Position numbers and translations under genes: made by a program. A DNA stretch of 64,000 nucleotides from Harriotta raleighana. Lineage: Eukaryota. Shown here one piece after another: positions 39,028 through 53,452 of the stretch. Every line of letters begins with the position of its first letter. Position 1 is the stretch's first letter. Under the pieces are notes generated by a model that saw only the letters and a program-made list of their open reading frames with translations, was not told where the DNA came from and did no database searches. The stretch is from positions 1,589,595-1,653,594 of the forward strand of contig JBNZDD010013687.1 in NCBI GenBank assembly GCA_050575255.1. The letters are read 5' to 3'.

Positions 39028-40235
39028 TCCTAACAGACTCTGGATAACTCGAACTGTCATGCCTTTCCACAATGTAGTTTTATTTGGTGAATAATCACAG
39101 GTAAAAGTTCCGAGAAGCTAAAACTCAATTTTTTTTTTGTTCTCTACAGCCATGAAGGTAATTGAGCGAAGCCTCCAGGATACCAAATCAACATCGCAAT
39201 CCTGCCTGGCTACATTCCACACATGATTCTCCTATGGTCCCACTAGAAATCAGAACTAGTCTCGGGAAAGTATTTGTTCACCGAAGTCTATACTTAGCTT
39301 TATAACCTTTAATTTCATCCAAATATTGGGCAGCTCAATTTTAATTAAGTTAATGGAACATTGACAATCTTGTGATGGGAATCTCTTGCATGTTTGTGTT
39401 ATTCCTGTCTTTCCTACCAATATTCTATTTATATAGTCATAGATTTAATTTAAATCTAAACAACCTGTTTACTTGGCAGAGAAGCATAACTTTTGTCATT
39501 TTAATGGCCCGGATGGTGATCCCTTTCCGCAACCCATGAATGGTATGTTTGCACATGTATCAGAATAGGGCTTTACCAATTAATTAATGAATGAAAGATT
39601 TCTACAACTAATTTTACTTTATCATGGTTTAGAAGCACACTCATATTATGCTTCAAATTTTTCTTGGTAACAGATGAGAATGGAATTCCACACGTGTAAT
39701 GATAACAAGTCTGTGTTTTCATTCCTCTCATGGATCAGAGATAGATGGTTAAAAAAAAATTGTGCTACTATTTAAGCAGAACCAAAGTGCCATAAAGGTT
39801 TATGTTTGTTTCCTATGCGAATAGAGCTTTGGATGCATTAGATGTCAAGGAACCAGCGGCACACTGATTTGTAAGCCACATTCTATAGTTTACCAGTCAA
39901 GAGAATGAGATTTTAGGTATTTGTTTACTTGGCTAGTTATTACTATATCAGCTTTAATTATTAGATTACTAGAAATGACATTATATGGCTAGAATTTACA
40001 ATTTCCATTGTTTTGACTGCTAATAAGGAACTGTGACGATGGCCGAGCAATAATTTACTTCACCGCAGATTGGAATTGGGAGAGATCTCCTTCCTCTTAG
40101 TGAGGTGGTACCTATGATAAGTGAAAGAGTAAATGTTGGTTACACTGACTTATATTCATCATTCCTCAGTCATTCCCAATGGGAGCAGTTTTGGGAGCTG
40201 CATTGTGTTTATTATTTGTGTGTGTGTATGCAAGT

Positions 40236-40519
40236 ATAATAATAATCCTTGCATTTGATATAGCGCTTTTCACATTTTATCAACAACTCAAAGCGCTTCA
40301 CAGAATATACTGTGTACTGCAGCCAATTGCACACAGCAAAGTCCCACAAACAGTCTTGGATTGAAATGACCAATTTTATTATTGTGTTTTTTTTTGATGG
40401 ATTATTAGGCGTGTGAAGTAAGGAAACTTGCCCAAGGTTTTGCCCCGATCTGCCTGGATTCGAATACAGGTCTCATGCTTGTAAGGCGAGTGCTCTAACC
40501 ACTGAGCTGCGGGAGCTCC
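40236..40519 (-). mobile_element. tRNA-derived SINE, same family as 36038-36345
   Basis: Reverse complement gives ggagctcccgcagctcagtggttagagcactcgcc...ttcgaatcc head and the same (TTA)n tail. Confidence 0.9.
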
Positions 40520-43500
40520 ATAAAGATAAAACAAAATTAAGAGCTCGCATGGGTTACCAGAAAGAGGTAATCATAGCCTTCATTGAAGACAAGGCTCTAT
40601 TCTGCAAAGGGGTTAGCAATCTATAAGTATGTGTCTCCCTATCCACTAACAATAAAATATTTTGTACAGTCCTGCAACAAAGGCAGTTGTTCTTGTGAAG
40701 AAAGGATGACTCATTAGTTAAAAGCTCCCTCACATGCGTGACTGGATAAAATTCAGATTTTACACTTCAACAAACAATGATTTAATGCGTCTGTTAAAGT
40801 TTAAGTAGTATCGGCTTGACCCAATATTCCATTACATTTTTATAGGTTTTAAGGAGATGATCATGTGAAATAATTTAATGAGTAATTTTTCTAACTAGGT
40901 GTGAGCACATTTCCAATACACTAATAAATGTTGCGTGTTTTTGGATTCCTCGGTCGTGTCCAAATATCAAAGAGTTTATACATTTTTCAAATGTTTCTGT
41001 AGGAAACTCAAGAAATGTGTGCTTTCCCACAATAATCTCTGCCCATTGAACTCTCTGCATCAGTGAAACCAATGAGGAAAATAAGGATGATGAGCAAGCA
41101 GCCTGATTGCTGAAAAATGGGAATTAGTCTAAAGAATTGCAATTTTATGTAATAATTACTATTTAAAAACTGTAGTGTAAATCTTTACCACCCACTGCTC
41201 TCATAGAAGACACATAGACTCCTCAGTGATATACTTCCCGTAGCACAGATGATTTTACATTACTTTTTTGACCGTGAATAGCTGGGAGCAATTGGCTGCC
41301 GTGTTTCGCCCACAACATACATTATCCAATATATTCTATGCAACTTTTTGCAACGTGATGATGTGCTTTATCTAATGCAAGGATTATTTTTATGCTGAAA
41401 GTGATTCCCCAACTGAGGGTGATGAGCTAACTTGCTCGCAGACCTTTGACAATGCCATTGTGTCACTCAGTTAGTTAGGAAACGGTGAGGGAACAGTTAG
41501 TGTTTACACATTCTCCAATTTCCATCCTCCTTGTAGAGATTCCTTGTCTCCTTCCTGGATTACAAACTAAACATTGTTTCTCAGTAGGCGACACATAGAA
41601 GTAGTGAAACACCACAATATAATTCAACCAGAAAGCCATTCAACTATCTTCTTGTGATTTACATTCTACGAATAATGGTTTCAATTGCTCCTCCTATTTA
41701 CCCCCATTTTGGTGTACTTCTCTCCAGAGGCTGGTGGATCATGCAGGGGTTGGTGACATGGGAAGAAATGCCTCGTCAGCACCTTTGCTCACGTGGAAGT
41801 CTGGCCAGTGAGTAGCATACACCACTATGCTGTAGAAGGCTCAGTATCATAGGCAGATGTTTCTTTGTTCTTTGGATCCCCAAGGTGGACAAAGTGTGCC
41901 TGGTCAAGGTGATCTTCCTCTCAAACTAGGTAAAAGGTGTGACTTCATGTAATTTTAAACAAACCTGCAATTAAACAGTGTGCCCCCCACCTCCCTAATG
42001 TTCATCGTTCCTCAAAGCTTTCTTTTCAAACTGTAAATATGCCTCCTATTTGGCATTTCTCCTTAGATCCCTCAATCTGTCCTTCCTCCTACAATCCGCA
42101 AGGTTTTACAATTTAAAATGTTTAAGAAAGCAACAATACGAATGGTGTAGTTTCCCAGCACATGCTGAATCATAGCAAGGGTGCTGGACAACAATTAGAC
42201 GTGTGAACTGTGATCCGTTTTATTCCTCCCTACCTTGGAGTTATTGAGGCAATCTGGAACCCTCCCACCCTGGCTAAGGTTGACTACTTAAGTAGAGGTC
42301 AATTTAACCTAGTCTGTATCACAGTATTGATTGAATTTACCCACTGCGTAAGGGAAGGTGCCTCGAATCATTTATTTTATCAAAAGATCAAGATATCCAT
42401 TGCTGTGCTCAGCAACGTGTGGTACAGGAACTCATCTATTATCTAAACAACTCCAGAAAAGGTAGAAATATGTTTCTTAAATATGTTGTATAGTATCTAC
42501 TCATATGCTTTGAGTTAAACAAGGATATAATGCCTCGCACTCCCAATTAAAATGCAGCATCCTTAACTGGTCATAAAGGGTTAAATCTTCCCCACGAGTT
42601 CAGAGTTGGATTTCAACCAACGTCTATAGAGATCAAAAACAGTGCATTAGGTTACTACATCTTCTTATTCCCCGCTAAATGGTTTTATAACAAGTGTATG
42701 CAGTTATTCTTAGCATAACCATCTTCAGTTAATTACTGTGTGGGAGAAGTCAATTTATGTGGGGGAAATAAGTGGTGCTGATTATATTAAAAAAATAACC
42801 GGATTAAAACGGCACAATTGAAAGCAACTCTCTTAAACGTTTCAATGTTGGTCCCCTCGACTGCTTCTGAGCTGAACTTTTAAAAGTGAAATCAAATCAA
42901 CTTACTTGGGAAATGTATAAACAGAATTCTCTGGTTCACACAAAACAAAACTTATTTGGGCCATGAATGCACAATTAAGGCTCCTAGTTTGCTTCTGTTT
43001 ATTCCATTAGCACCGTCAAACATCCTCTTTAAAGAAGTTGTATCTATAGCTGCAAACTAGATACTTGAAAGAAACTGCAGTCTTTTACAATTCTGCATAA
43101 ACCTTGTTTTAAGCAGTTAGGTTGATGTCTGGTGGTATATTATTGTAATTAATACCATCACAATCTTTGAGATTTATTATGATATCACTTCTGTATAAAA
43201 TGTTGACTGAATCTAACCTCAATAAAGGTAAAGAACACATTGTTACATTATTGAGGATGTACAAGACTTGGCACTTAATTCTATTTATAAAATAACTTTA
43301 CAGTTCCACAAAAAGCAAGAGCACACAACTGTCTCACAGGTATGTGATGCTAAACCCTAACACAACAAAGCACCAGAAAAACATTCAGTGAAGTTTATGA
43401 CCAGCTGCCAAGTAAAACGAGTTTCATTTATGGACAGTAGAATGTATGTTTTAAAATGTTACGTAAAAAAGTGATTTTATAGTTCACGACTGTGTTTAGG

Positions 43501-43944
43501 ATGGTGGTGCAGTGGCAGAACACAAACTTTCAAACACCTACTTTCTGTTGAGTTACTAAATCTGTCAAAAGTGCTGTGAGCTGAGCAACAGACAGGTGGT
43601 TCTGTCCCTGTCACAGGGGAAAGGGAATATCAGAGAGACTGTCACCTGCAGGCTCTGTGGTTCTTCATGGCTGTTTTAAGTACTGCATTAACAGAAGCCC
43701 AGAAGCTTTCCAACACCTCTCCTTGCAAGTTCTTGACAAGAGCGAGAATCAACCACAACAACAACAAAATTACATTTATAGATCTCCTTTCACGTTGGGA
43801 GGAAGGAAAGACACAGGAGAATCAGGAGGAAACACTCCAGGAGAAAATAATACAGCAACACAACCTCAAAATAAAATTGCACGTAATGTAAACCTCCTTG
43901 AATGAAACGCTTGTGTGTCTATTCAACTGCCAACCAAACAAAGG

Positions 43945-44864
43945 CAACTAGCAAAAGGTACAATTTTATTAAGATTTGAAACTCCCCAAATTTGGATGAA
44001 CCAGAAAAATATTTGAGAACCTTTAAAAACATACAGAGCAGTACATCTGGGTAATGACCACACAAAGAGTATTTTGTGGTTCCCCATAAACAGAGTCTAA
44101 AATTTATGCTGTATCCAACTATGCTCCTAATGCAACAACTTTCAGGGCTCAGTGATTATGGAGAACCAATTTGAGGACATGAATGGTTGGGGGAAACTGG
44201 AGAGGACTGATGTGAGGGGAAAATTCTGGAAAATATTTGCAGTCAAATTGGTACAAAATAGTCACTATACAGTAAATTCTGCAAAGCTCTTTATAATGTC
44301 CTCCCATTGTGAAAAGTGCTACATCAAATGCAAGGAGTGAAATTATTAAATCTTGATATCGTAGATTTGCTGGTGGCAGGAATGAGGGGAAAACACTCTA
44401 TGATTGTAGTATAATATGAAAGCCCTTCTTATACAAGCAAAATACAGCAATAAATTGATCAACAAACTTTTTAACCATATAATCAATGCTTTGAAATATG
44501 AGTTGAAGCATCCTACAGTTAAGCAAACTAACTTCATAAAGGTAGTAACCAACGCTAATAAGAAAATTGAACTTTGCAGAGGCAACATTTTGTCCTTCTC
44601 TAGACAGGGAGAAAAGAATTCGGAAGGAAGGAAGATTATGGCCATCTATAAACTCTTGACACAGACATAGATGCTGATAATGACTGGGATGTGTCTGTAG
44701 TTTTTGGCTGCTCACACAAGTGTGGTGCTGAAGTAAAGCAGAAACATTCAATGTGTTTTTCTAAAGAGGCTTGATGGTGACCCAGGGCAGCAAGAGTTCA
44801 ACTAAAGTTCAGGACAGATGTTGCTAGCTGTTTTCACTGCAGGAAGGCAAAATTACTTCCGGAT
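43945..44864 (-). other. cdin1: cdin1 3'UTR with likely polyA signal (AATAAA on minus strand at 43965-43970)
   Basis: tttatt on + at 43965-43970, followed on the minus strand by GT/T-rich sequence (cttttgctagttgcctttgtttggttgg). End approximate. Confidence 0.55.
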
Positions 44865-45018
44865 TCACCTCTTCTTTCCACTGTCAGTGCTGGCCGTGGT
44901 GCGATGGAAGGTTACAATGTCTTCAGGGAAGCAATCTTTTAGTAAGATGCCACGATCACGGAGACAGTCCAATTCCCCAATAAAACCACACCAGTAGATC
45001 ACTAATCCTGGTCCAAAT
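44865..45018 (-). CDS. cdin1: CDIN1 (C15orf41, CDAN1-interacting nuclease 1) last coding exon: (R)[50 protein letters not shown]
   Basis: Minus-strand acceptor ttgattttgttttcag; translation matches the CDIN1 C-terminus ([18 protein letters not shown]..RGILLKxCFP..IVT); TGA at 44867-44865; convergent position next to MEIS2 fits known synteny. Absent from the ORF track. Confidence 0.93.
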
Positions 45019-45559
45019 CTGAAAACAAAATCAAAATTACATTAATGTTTTTTTAAAAAATGCATCTGAACTGCACCATTACATTTTGCTAATCTCAATG
45101 AATTGCTGCACCTGAAACAAACAAGCGCTCTCTTTTCATGTATTTTTCCTAAATTTAATGTTTTATTCTATCTTTCCGAAAAGGTTTTTCACTTGAAACG
45201 GTTTTGTTTTACTTTTCTTTACATACAGAAAGAATGTTTGTTGCATAAAATAATTTGGGAGACAAATTCTCCTTTCCTAACGTACCAACTCCTTGTAATG
45301 TACACCTCCACAGAGAGGAAACTAGGTCCTAAACAATCAACATATATGAGTCCAACAGAGCATTGAAATCAGCTCAATGCTGTTTTCACCCATAGCCACA
45401 TCATAAGTCACTGATAGCATTGCAGATCGGGAGCTCTTTCGTCAAGAGGCAGGATCGATAGGTGTATACTCTACTCTTCAATGGATGCCAGCTACCAAAC
45501 AAAACCCAGCTAGATAATGATATTCTTGTAAGTAACTCAACATGCCACAGTAGATCAGA

Positions 45560-45679
45560 TGTGGGGCAATTGGCTGTCGCATTTCGCCCACAAATATACA
45601 GTCAATTCACTTTACGGTGAAGCACTTAGAGACTTATAGAAGACATGAAAAGCGCTATATCAAATGCAAGGATTATTAT
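45560..45679 (+). mobile_element. 3' fragment of the same SINE family (others at ~7325-7410 +, 38187-38263 -, 41280-41388 +, 49750-49845 -, 50733-50828 -, 57410-57472 +)
   Basis: caattggctg...ttcgcccacaaa...tgaagcacttagagac...aagcgctatatcaaatgcaaggattatt matches the full-length copies. Confidence 0.8.
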
Positions 45680-47184
45680 GTAGCATTCAGGTTAGTTCCT
45701 GTGCCATGTTGCAAATGGATCATGTTTAAATTGAACAAGACAGTCTATCTCCTCTATCTATCTGATGAAGATGAGAATTTACGAATATTAGGAATGCCAA
45801 ATTGCTTTTTAAGGCCAAGAATGTGACAGACATGGACACTCCCAGAGTACTGGATATAATTACAAACAAGTCGCACTGGAGCAGGATTGCAGCTAGACTT
45901 GGACTCATTGTCATTGTCCATGTTAAGCCAATGTTAAAAACAATGGGGAAAAAACACAAGGGCTGAAGGTTGTGTATTTACAATGCATACATTCAGGTAG
46001 TTTGTGAGGCCAGTCACTAATAGTCCAGGGAATACTTTACCCCATTATCTGAACGAGTTTCTAAAACCAATAATGTAAAACCAATAAAGCTTCGGCCTGT
46101 CAAGGTCTAAAAAAATAGCATTTGTCTTTTGGGACCGTAGGCTTTTGAGTTAAAGATATTCTAAATTACCTCACTCACGCAACTGAATGTTTTCAAATTA
46201 GGACAGCATGAAAGCACTTTAGTTTAACATATGACATTTTTTTTTCACTGCTAGAGTTGCTGTCAGTTTTGATAATATAAAACGTAAGCAACAATCTCGC
46301 TGCTCAAATGCACAAACTGTTCGAAAACAATGTTCTATATCCAGGAACCGTGCTTCAGCCTTTACATACATTTGCTGAACCCCCACCAAGCAATCTCAGG
46401 AAGTAGCCCTGTGGAATATTTGACCCATCAGGAAGTTTGGATCTTTAGCCAGAGTTCATAAAGATGTAATCACTATCAATCAAAATGTGTCAGCACTTTA
46501 TATATCAGGCTCCCAATTTCCCAACTGTGACCAAACAAGAAGTTTGGTTTCCAGGGTTATTTTTAAGAATTTGCAATTAAAAGCTGGCAAATTATCAGAA
46601 CACGAGTGAGAGGAAGCAGAGATGGCCACTGTTCCGGTGGCATTAGCTTCCAGCATCCAACAATCCTCCAGTGTCATGATTTATTAAATAATAAAAGTCA
46701 CACACGTACAGTGCAACAAAGATGATCAAATGCACATGTAACGTTGTAAAACTGCTGGGAAACCACACTTTCAAACATTCTTCCTACAGAACCTTAATAA
46801 GATTACACCTTTGATGAACCTTAGATTGATTAAATGTACGAGAATAATTGATTGAGGTTTTAACTGGATCTACCTTTAGCTCAACATCTACTATACTACT
46901 CTGCGTGTTTAAGTGTGTGTGGGTGTGTGTCATACACACATATTTATTTAGAGTAAATAAGCATCTGACAGTGACCTATACACAATTATATTTCTAGGAA
47001 ACAATGATTAGTTTGTGTTTTTCTTATTGGTGTACTTGTTGTATAAGCAGGTGACATGGCACACAAGGGGCCTTAAGGTAGACAATATTACATGAAGGAG
47101 AACGTAAATTAAAATAAAGTGGGTTAAATGAATCAATATATCAACCTGTACATATTCCTCTCTCTTACTATATATATATATACA

Positions 47185-47839
47185 CAGTAAAATCCTGGTA
47201 ATCCTTGACCTGATGGAAGTGGAACTTCCGTTTAACCAGCACATCAAAAAAAAAGTCTGCATCCTATAAACTGGAAGTTATCCGGCAGAATAGGGATGGC
47301 ATAGGCATAGAATAGGCATTTAATAAATTGACTATCGCACAAGAGTACTGTACAGATATTTTGGCTTGCTGCTAGTATAGCCTGAAAGTCATGCTGCCGT
47401 TTTTAAAAAAAATCGTGCTGCTCTTTTTATTCCTCCCGTGGCGGCCGCCATTGCAGAAGCAAGTATAAATAATAAAGTACTAATACAGTATTCTGTTATT
47501 ACAGTATCTGTTATTAGGTTATTTAGTCTATTATTTATACTGTACAGTGTACAACATTTATAATAAAGTACCCATACAATATTCTGTTATTATTTAGTCT
47601 ATTATTTAATACGGTATGTGTTAAAATAAGTTAATTGTTTTGTGTTGGATTTTCGGCATCGTATCCGACCGTTATTATCTTATTATTTAGTCTATTATTA
47701 ATATGGTATGTGTTAAAATAAATTTTAATTAAAAAAAAGATATTTTTTGTTTTGGATTTTCGGATCCGTCCAGCAAGCCGTTTAACCGGCACTGGCACTG
47801 GCCAGTTCCCGTGGGTGCCGGATAAATGGGTTTTTACTG
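47185..47839. mobile_element. Non-autonomous Tc1/mariner (pogo/Tigger-like) MITE
   Basis: Termini cagtaaaatcc...gggtttttactg embedded in (TA)n runs; subterminal ttatccggca / tgccggataa inverted motifs; three internal copies of ttatttagtctattatt; locally CpG-rich. Confidence 0.7.
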
Positions 47840-47979
47840 TATATATATATATATACATGCACTTACAAAAACATGTTAATATTTCAAGAACGAAAGCTGC
47901 CTGATTTTCAGAAGTCTGATTCACAGCCTTGTCCTTTATGTTGAGGGGGGAAAATGCCTCGTCCAAATCAAATCGTAAA

Positions 47980-48120
47980 ATGAACATAGGAGCAGAAGTA
48001 AGTGATTCAGAAGTGTGGAACAAGCTCTTGAGCTTGTATTAGATCATGGTTGATCTGCACCATAACTCCATTTACATGCTTTTCTTCATATTCCTTGATA
48101 ATCTTACCTAATAAATATCT
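47980..48120 (-). mobile_element. CR1-type LINE 3'UTR fragment (similar weak fragment at ~20128-20245)
   Basis: gaacataggagcagaagta...ttagatcatggttgatctg.acc..aactccatttac...catattccttgata resembles shark CR1 3' ends as recalled. Confidence 0.55.
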
Positions 48121-48526
48121 AGGGAAAATTGAAAGTAGATGCACAAAGCAACTGCTCAACGCAATCTCCCCTGTCCCAAATATTTCCTCTTTAATTTTTT
48201 CCCCTCCCGCTTCATCTCCTGAAATTGTTCAACTCCTTCTGCTTCTTCAGGATTACATCTCCAAAGGCACTCTCCAGCACCTCATCTAAGTGGACACTAT
48301 TCATATCTGAGTCTTGACAGTGAGTGTCAGTAGACTATTCAATAGTGGAGCCATCATAGCCTCAAACTGTCCTCACTGGACTGCCACACACAAGCTTCTT
48401 GAAGTAAATATATCTGGATAATGGGAAACCTGGCTAAATTTCCTCCCTCTCGCACTGGAGTAGTGAGGTCAATTGTAGCAGCCTGACTTCTGTCCCGCCT
48501 GTGCTAAAACAGACCAGGATTTAATA

Positions 48527-48859
48527 TAATAATAATAATCCTTGCATTTGATGTAGTGTCTGATCACATCTTTTGAGATATTTCAAAGCCCTTCAAAGAA
48601 TATGCTGTAAAGTGAATTGACTACATTTTGTGGGTGAAATATGGCAGCTAAATACACACAGCAGTGTCCTACAAACAGTCATGGATTGAGTGACCAAATA
48701 ATTTGTATTTATTTTGAAGGAATTATTATTACCACCTGGAGATATTGCTGTGCGCAATTGGCTGTAAGGCATGTCTGTGGAGTAAGTAAATTTACCCAAC
48801 ATTTCTTCCTGCTAGGAATCGAACCCAGGTCTCTTGCTTGCACTGAGCTACACAACTCC
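48527..48859 (-). mobile_element. tRNA-derived SINE, same family, rearranged/decayed
   Basis: taataataatccttgcatttgat tail and ggaatcgaacccagg B box / actgagcta A box. Confidence 0.85.
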
Positions 48860-49567
48860 TAAATCTGCAGTCTCCCAGTCTTTATGTCCTCATGTTGCAT
48901 GTGTTCTTATTTACTACACTATAGGGTAAACTGAGGAGAAAATTTCAAAGCACTTTATAGAAAGTGGATGGATGCTGGAGCTCAGGGGGGCTAGGAAGGC
49001 GGGGACTGAGCCGAAAGGTAGGCCTCAGGAAGGAAGGAATTTCAGGGACATTCATTTAAATAATTAGTTCCTTTAATGCAGTATATAGATATAATTCCAC
49101 TTTATTCACGTGACAAGTGATTTTCCTGTCTTATCCAAATGCAAGAAACTGTCAGCGCTGAGATTGGAAATGAATTGAGGAGCTGTGCCTGAGTGGTGAA
49201 GGGTCACTTCGTACACACACATACACACACACACACAAGCACATAGATACATGCACACACACATGCGTGCATGCACACACAGTTTCTCTGGTTATTGAGT
49301 TGCCTTGTTTACACCTCTAATAACTATTCCCAGGAAAGGCAAAATCAACTGACCTATAATTAAGATGCAATTGTGTGATATTTCTAAATAAATTCTTTTT
49401 GGGGAGCCTCACCAAGTAACACAAATCCAGTCCCAATGCTTTAATAGGATAGACTAGCTCGGGGAAAGTAAGGATTTTACATCCATAAAAACAAAGGAAA
49501 TGCAATTGCAAAGCAACAAGGCAAAAACAAGTCATCTTGTCAGATGGAGTGAGTTCAGAAGTAATCC

Positions 49568-51532
49568 TTCAAAGATTATTAAGGACCCCCAGCTACAAAG
49601 ATTGATGTGAGGTTGGGAACTCAGAAAGATTAAAGGTGAGGACAGATTGATTAGCAGATGATTTTTTTTTGCAACTGTCTGACCATAAACTGTACTGTTT
49701 ATTTATGAAAGATTAGTCAAAATCCTTGAGATCACTGAAGGAAGTAATTAATAATAATAATCCTTGCATTTGATATAGCACCTTATCATGTTGTTGAGAC
49801 TTCACAGAATATACTGTGAAGGGAATGTTTTGTGGGCGAAATGGTTTACTTGAAAACAAGAACTGGAGAGTTTGAACATTCTCACAAGCAATATACTCAT
49901 TACTGCTTTGTGCATCTGAAGTAGGATTCAAAAAAAGTTTAATGTGGCTTTATGTTGTGATTGTAGGAATGGTTTCATTCTGTTATATTCTGGTTATGTA
50001 TTTGTTGCTTTTTTGAATAATTGTCATGGTTCATGGCGGCAGTGATAAGTGAGTTTTATTGTATTAATTTATTATTAAATATTAATACCAAGTCCCTCAC
50101 CTCGTTCAAGATACCTCTTTGACTATCCTTACAGTCATCTTTACCTTCCCCAACTCCCTCTTGGCTCCCACTCCCAGCTCAAATGTCAAGCCAGTATTGT
50201 TAAGCACCTTGGGACGTGAAAGGAGTTTTATTAATGTAACTTTGCATTGTATTGTAATTACCACGCTATTATTGGGTCCATCCATTCGATTAAGTTTGCG
50301 GCAACTGTACGGTTGAAACAGAGTTCACAATTGGGGCATGTGAGAGAGAAAGAAAGAGTTAGACAGCGGGAGAGAGGCTAATCGGTTGTAAATGTAACCT
50401 TGATCTATCTGTGAACACAATACTACAAAAGGGAAGCGGTTCTTGGCTCGTAGTGCGTGGACTTCCTCACTATCTAAATACTTTCAATCAAAAAATAAAC
50501 ATGCACAAAATAACTTCCATCACATTTTCACTTGCAGGAGGAGCAGCTGNTTCAAAGATTATTAAGGACCCCCAGCTACAAAGATTGATGTGAGGTTGGG
50601 AACTCAGAAAGATTAAAGGTGAGGACAGATTGATTAGCAGATGATTTTTTTTTGCAACTGTCTGACCATAAACTGTACTGTTTATTTATGAAAGATTAGT
50701 CAAAATCCTTGAGATCACTGAAGGAAGTAATTAATAATAATAATCCTTGCATTTGATATAGCACCTTATCATGTTGTTGAGACTTCACAGAATATACTGT
50801 GAAGGGAATGTTTTGTGGGCGAAATGGTTTACTTGAAAACAAGAACTGGAGAGTTTGAACATTCTCACAAGCAATATACTCATTACTGCTTTGTGCATCT
50901 GAAGTAGGATTCAAAAAAAGTTTAATGTGGCTTTATGTTGTGATTGTAGGAATGGTTTCATTCTGTTATATTCTGGTTATGTATTTGTTGCTTTTTTGAA
51001 TAATTGTCATGGTTCATGGCAGCAGTGATAAGTGAGTTTTATTGTATTAATTTATTATTAAATATTAATACCAAGTCCCTCACCTCGTTCAAGATACCTC
51101 TTTGACTATCCTTACAGTCATCTTTACCTTCCCCAACCCCCTCTTGGCTCCCACTCCCAGCTCAAATGTCAAGCCAGTATTGTTAAGCACCTTGGGACGT
51201 GAAAGGAGTTTTATTAATGTAACTTTGCATTGTATTGTAATTACCACGCTATTATTGGGTCCATCCATTCGATTAAGTTTGCGGCAACTGTACGGTTGAA
51301 ACAGAGTTCACAATTGGGGCATGTGAGAGAGAAAGAAAGAGTTAGACAGCGGGAGAGAGGCTAATCGGTTGTAAATGTAACCTTGATCTATCTGTGAACA
51401 CAATACTACAAAAGGGAAGCGGTTCTTGGCTCGTAGTGCGTGGACTTCCTCACTATCTAAATACTTTCAATCAAAAAATAAACATGCACAAAATAACTTC
51501 CATCACATTTTCACTTGCAGGAGGAGCAGCTG
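49568..51532. repeat. 982-bp tandem duplication around a single N (50550); probable assembly artefact
   Basis: 49568-50549 equals 50551-51532 except two substitutions that I could see (ggcggc/ggcagc; aactcc/aacccc). Confidence 0.92.
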
Positions 51533-52358
51533 TTCCCAGATATTTTCCAGATGGGTTACTGGAAAAGTCGTCCTTGTGATCTAATTGTGGTAATTATGTG
51601 CATATGCAAAACACTGGCACTTTGGGTGAGATAAGGGACTACTGACGTGTGGACAGCACAATAAAGCAACAGGGCAAGCTGCTATTTTCACACAAGGTAG
51701 TGAGAGACGAGATTACCACCAGCAAGAAATTCCAGCAGATTACAGCTCCGAAAATCAAGTGGAGCACACCCCTGCTATCCTGCACAGTCTGAGGCTTCTG
51801 ATCTCAGTAGGATCACCATGGGGGAATGTGCCAAATCGAGGACTGATGCTTCTCCCGAGGTGAAGGAGGGAGACCCGGGATTCACAGTCACAGCTGGTCA
51901 CTTTTGCACATCTCCATGTCGGTGGCCTGACTTTCAGAGAGCCATCAGCAGAGATCCTGACAGTGACAAATCAGTGCGAGCAAAAAAAACTAAGCATTAT
52001 GCAGAGGCAAGCTGCCCCCAAACTAGCCTTTCACAAAAACTTTGAAATAAATATGATAAAAGGCTGTCCCAACTTAGGTGCCAATTACTCTACTGTACTT
52101 TAAAAACTATATTTTTGAGTCAACTGGAATTTGACTTGAATTGATACTCTTGGGACTGTCGCTCGTCTACACTATTGGTATTTGTACAATATCGATCAGC
52201 TGAAGCTTCAGTTGATCAGCGAGATGCAGTACACCTACAGAGGACCATAAGAGTACAGTAGAGGAGTTGGCATTGCCATGCTCACCTGCTTAACTCCAAC
52301 TACTTGAAACATGAGAGTCTTGGGCTAATATGATTTGTGGGAATGGAAAGTGTCACAC

Positions 52359-53134
52359 TGTTTGGCCTACAGGGAGAACCTTTCTTGCTCTCTTGTTTCC
52401 CTTGTCCAGGGGCACTGAGGCTAACTGTAACAGTCCAACATCTGCATGGGATGCGTTCAGCTGGGATTCAGTGCAAACTGGGATTCAAACGTAAACCTTC
52501 TGATCTGTATCGCTTAGGTACTTAACCTACAAGGCTATTGGGGGAGCAATGCTGCTTTTTGATGTGGAATACATTGTTATATGCCATGTTGATAAATGGC
52601 AAGGAATGCAATGCCAGAGATTTTCCATTGGTAGGAATGCCCTTTGAAGCTTTCACCGGGGTAAAATGTATCTGAATGCTTTTCATGTAGAAACATTTGT
52701 GGGCATTGTAGCCACAAGTTAAATAAACAAAAAGCAAATTAACTTTCAATGTATTACCGTAAGAGTAAGTCACATCATAAAAAATGAAAAGCAGCTTGTT
52801 TATATAAGTTGAAAAACAAACACTGTGATGTGACATGTATGTGAGTACAAATTTAGTTTACATCAGTAAACCATAGTGATTTTATTTATTCTGTCGATTG
52901 TTTGACTAACTGAAAAATACAAAAACAACAAAATTAAATTGATATAGCATTTAGTTTTGCAAGTCAAACACCAAACAGCCACTCAGCGATACAGATCAGA
53001 AGATTTGAATCCCAGTTTGCACTGAATCCCATCTAAACGCATCCCATGCAGATGCTGGACTGTTATAGTTAGCCTCAGTGCCCCTGGACAAGGGAAGCAA
53101 GAGAGCAAGCAAAGCTACTCCCATAGGCCAAACA
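52359..53134. repeat. Inverted repeat, ~155-bp arms (52359-52518, 52981-53134), ~460-bp spacer
   Basis: cccttgtccaggggcactgaggctaact.taacagtcca.catctgcatgggatgcgtt.ag.tgggattcagtgcaaactgggattcaaa is mirrored with few mismatches. Confidence 0.92.
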
Positions 53135-53452
53135 ATTCTAAAGGTAGCAATCATATGAACAAATAAAGGTAAATGGTAAGTGATTGCGGGATCAAAACTA
53201 AATCACCAAACAACATCTAACCATATTGAGCAAGTGAGTTTTGTGATGTTTGGATGTCACTAAGTGGCTTCTTTTCCAGTGTAAAGAACTATCAAGTAGT
53301 TCACCAAGTTTATACAACACTCTATTGGAACTGATAACTTGTAACAGCAACATCTCTTGGGAGAAATAAAGCACTTTGGAATCACCCATAATTGCAATAC
53401 AAAAGCCAGTATCAGATCAAGCAACTTTTAGTGTTACACTTTTCAAATAAAT

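Noticed and set aside
49568-51532. 982-bp tandem duplication producing duplicated ORFs
   Set aside because: Copies are joined by a single N and differ at only about two bases, typical of overlapping haplotype contig ends rather than a real duplication; read depth would confirm.
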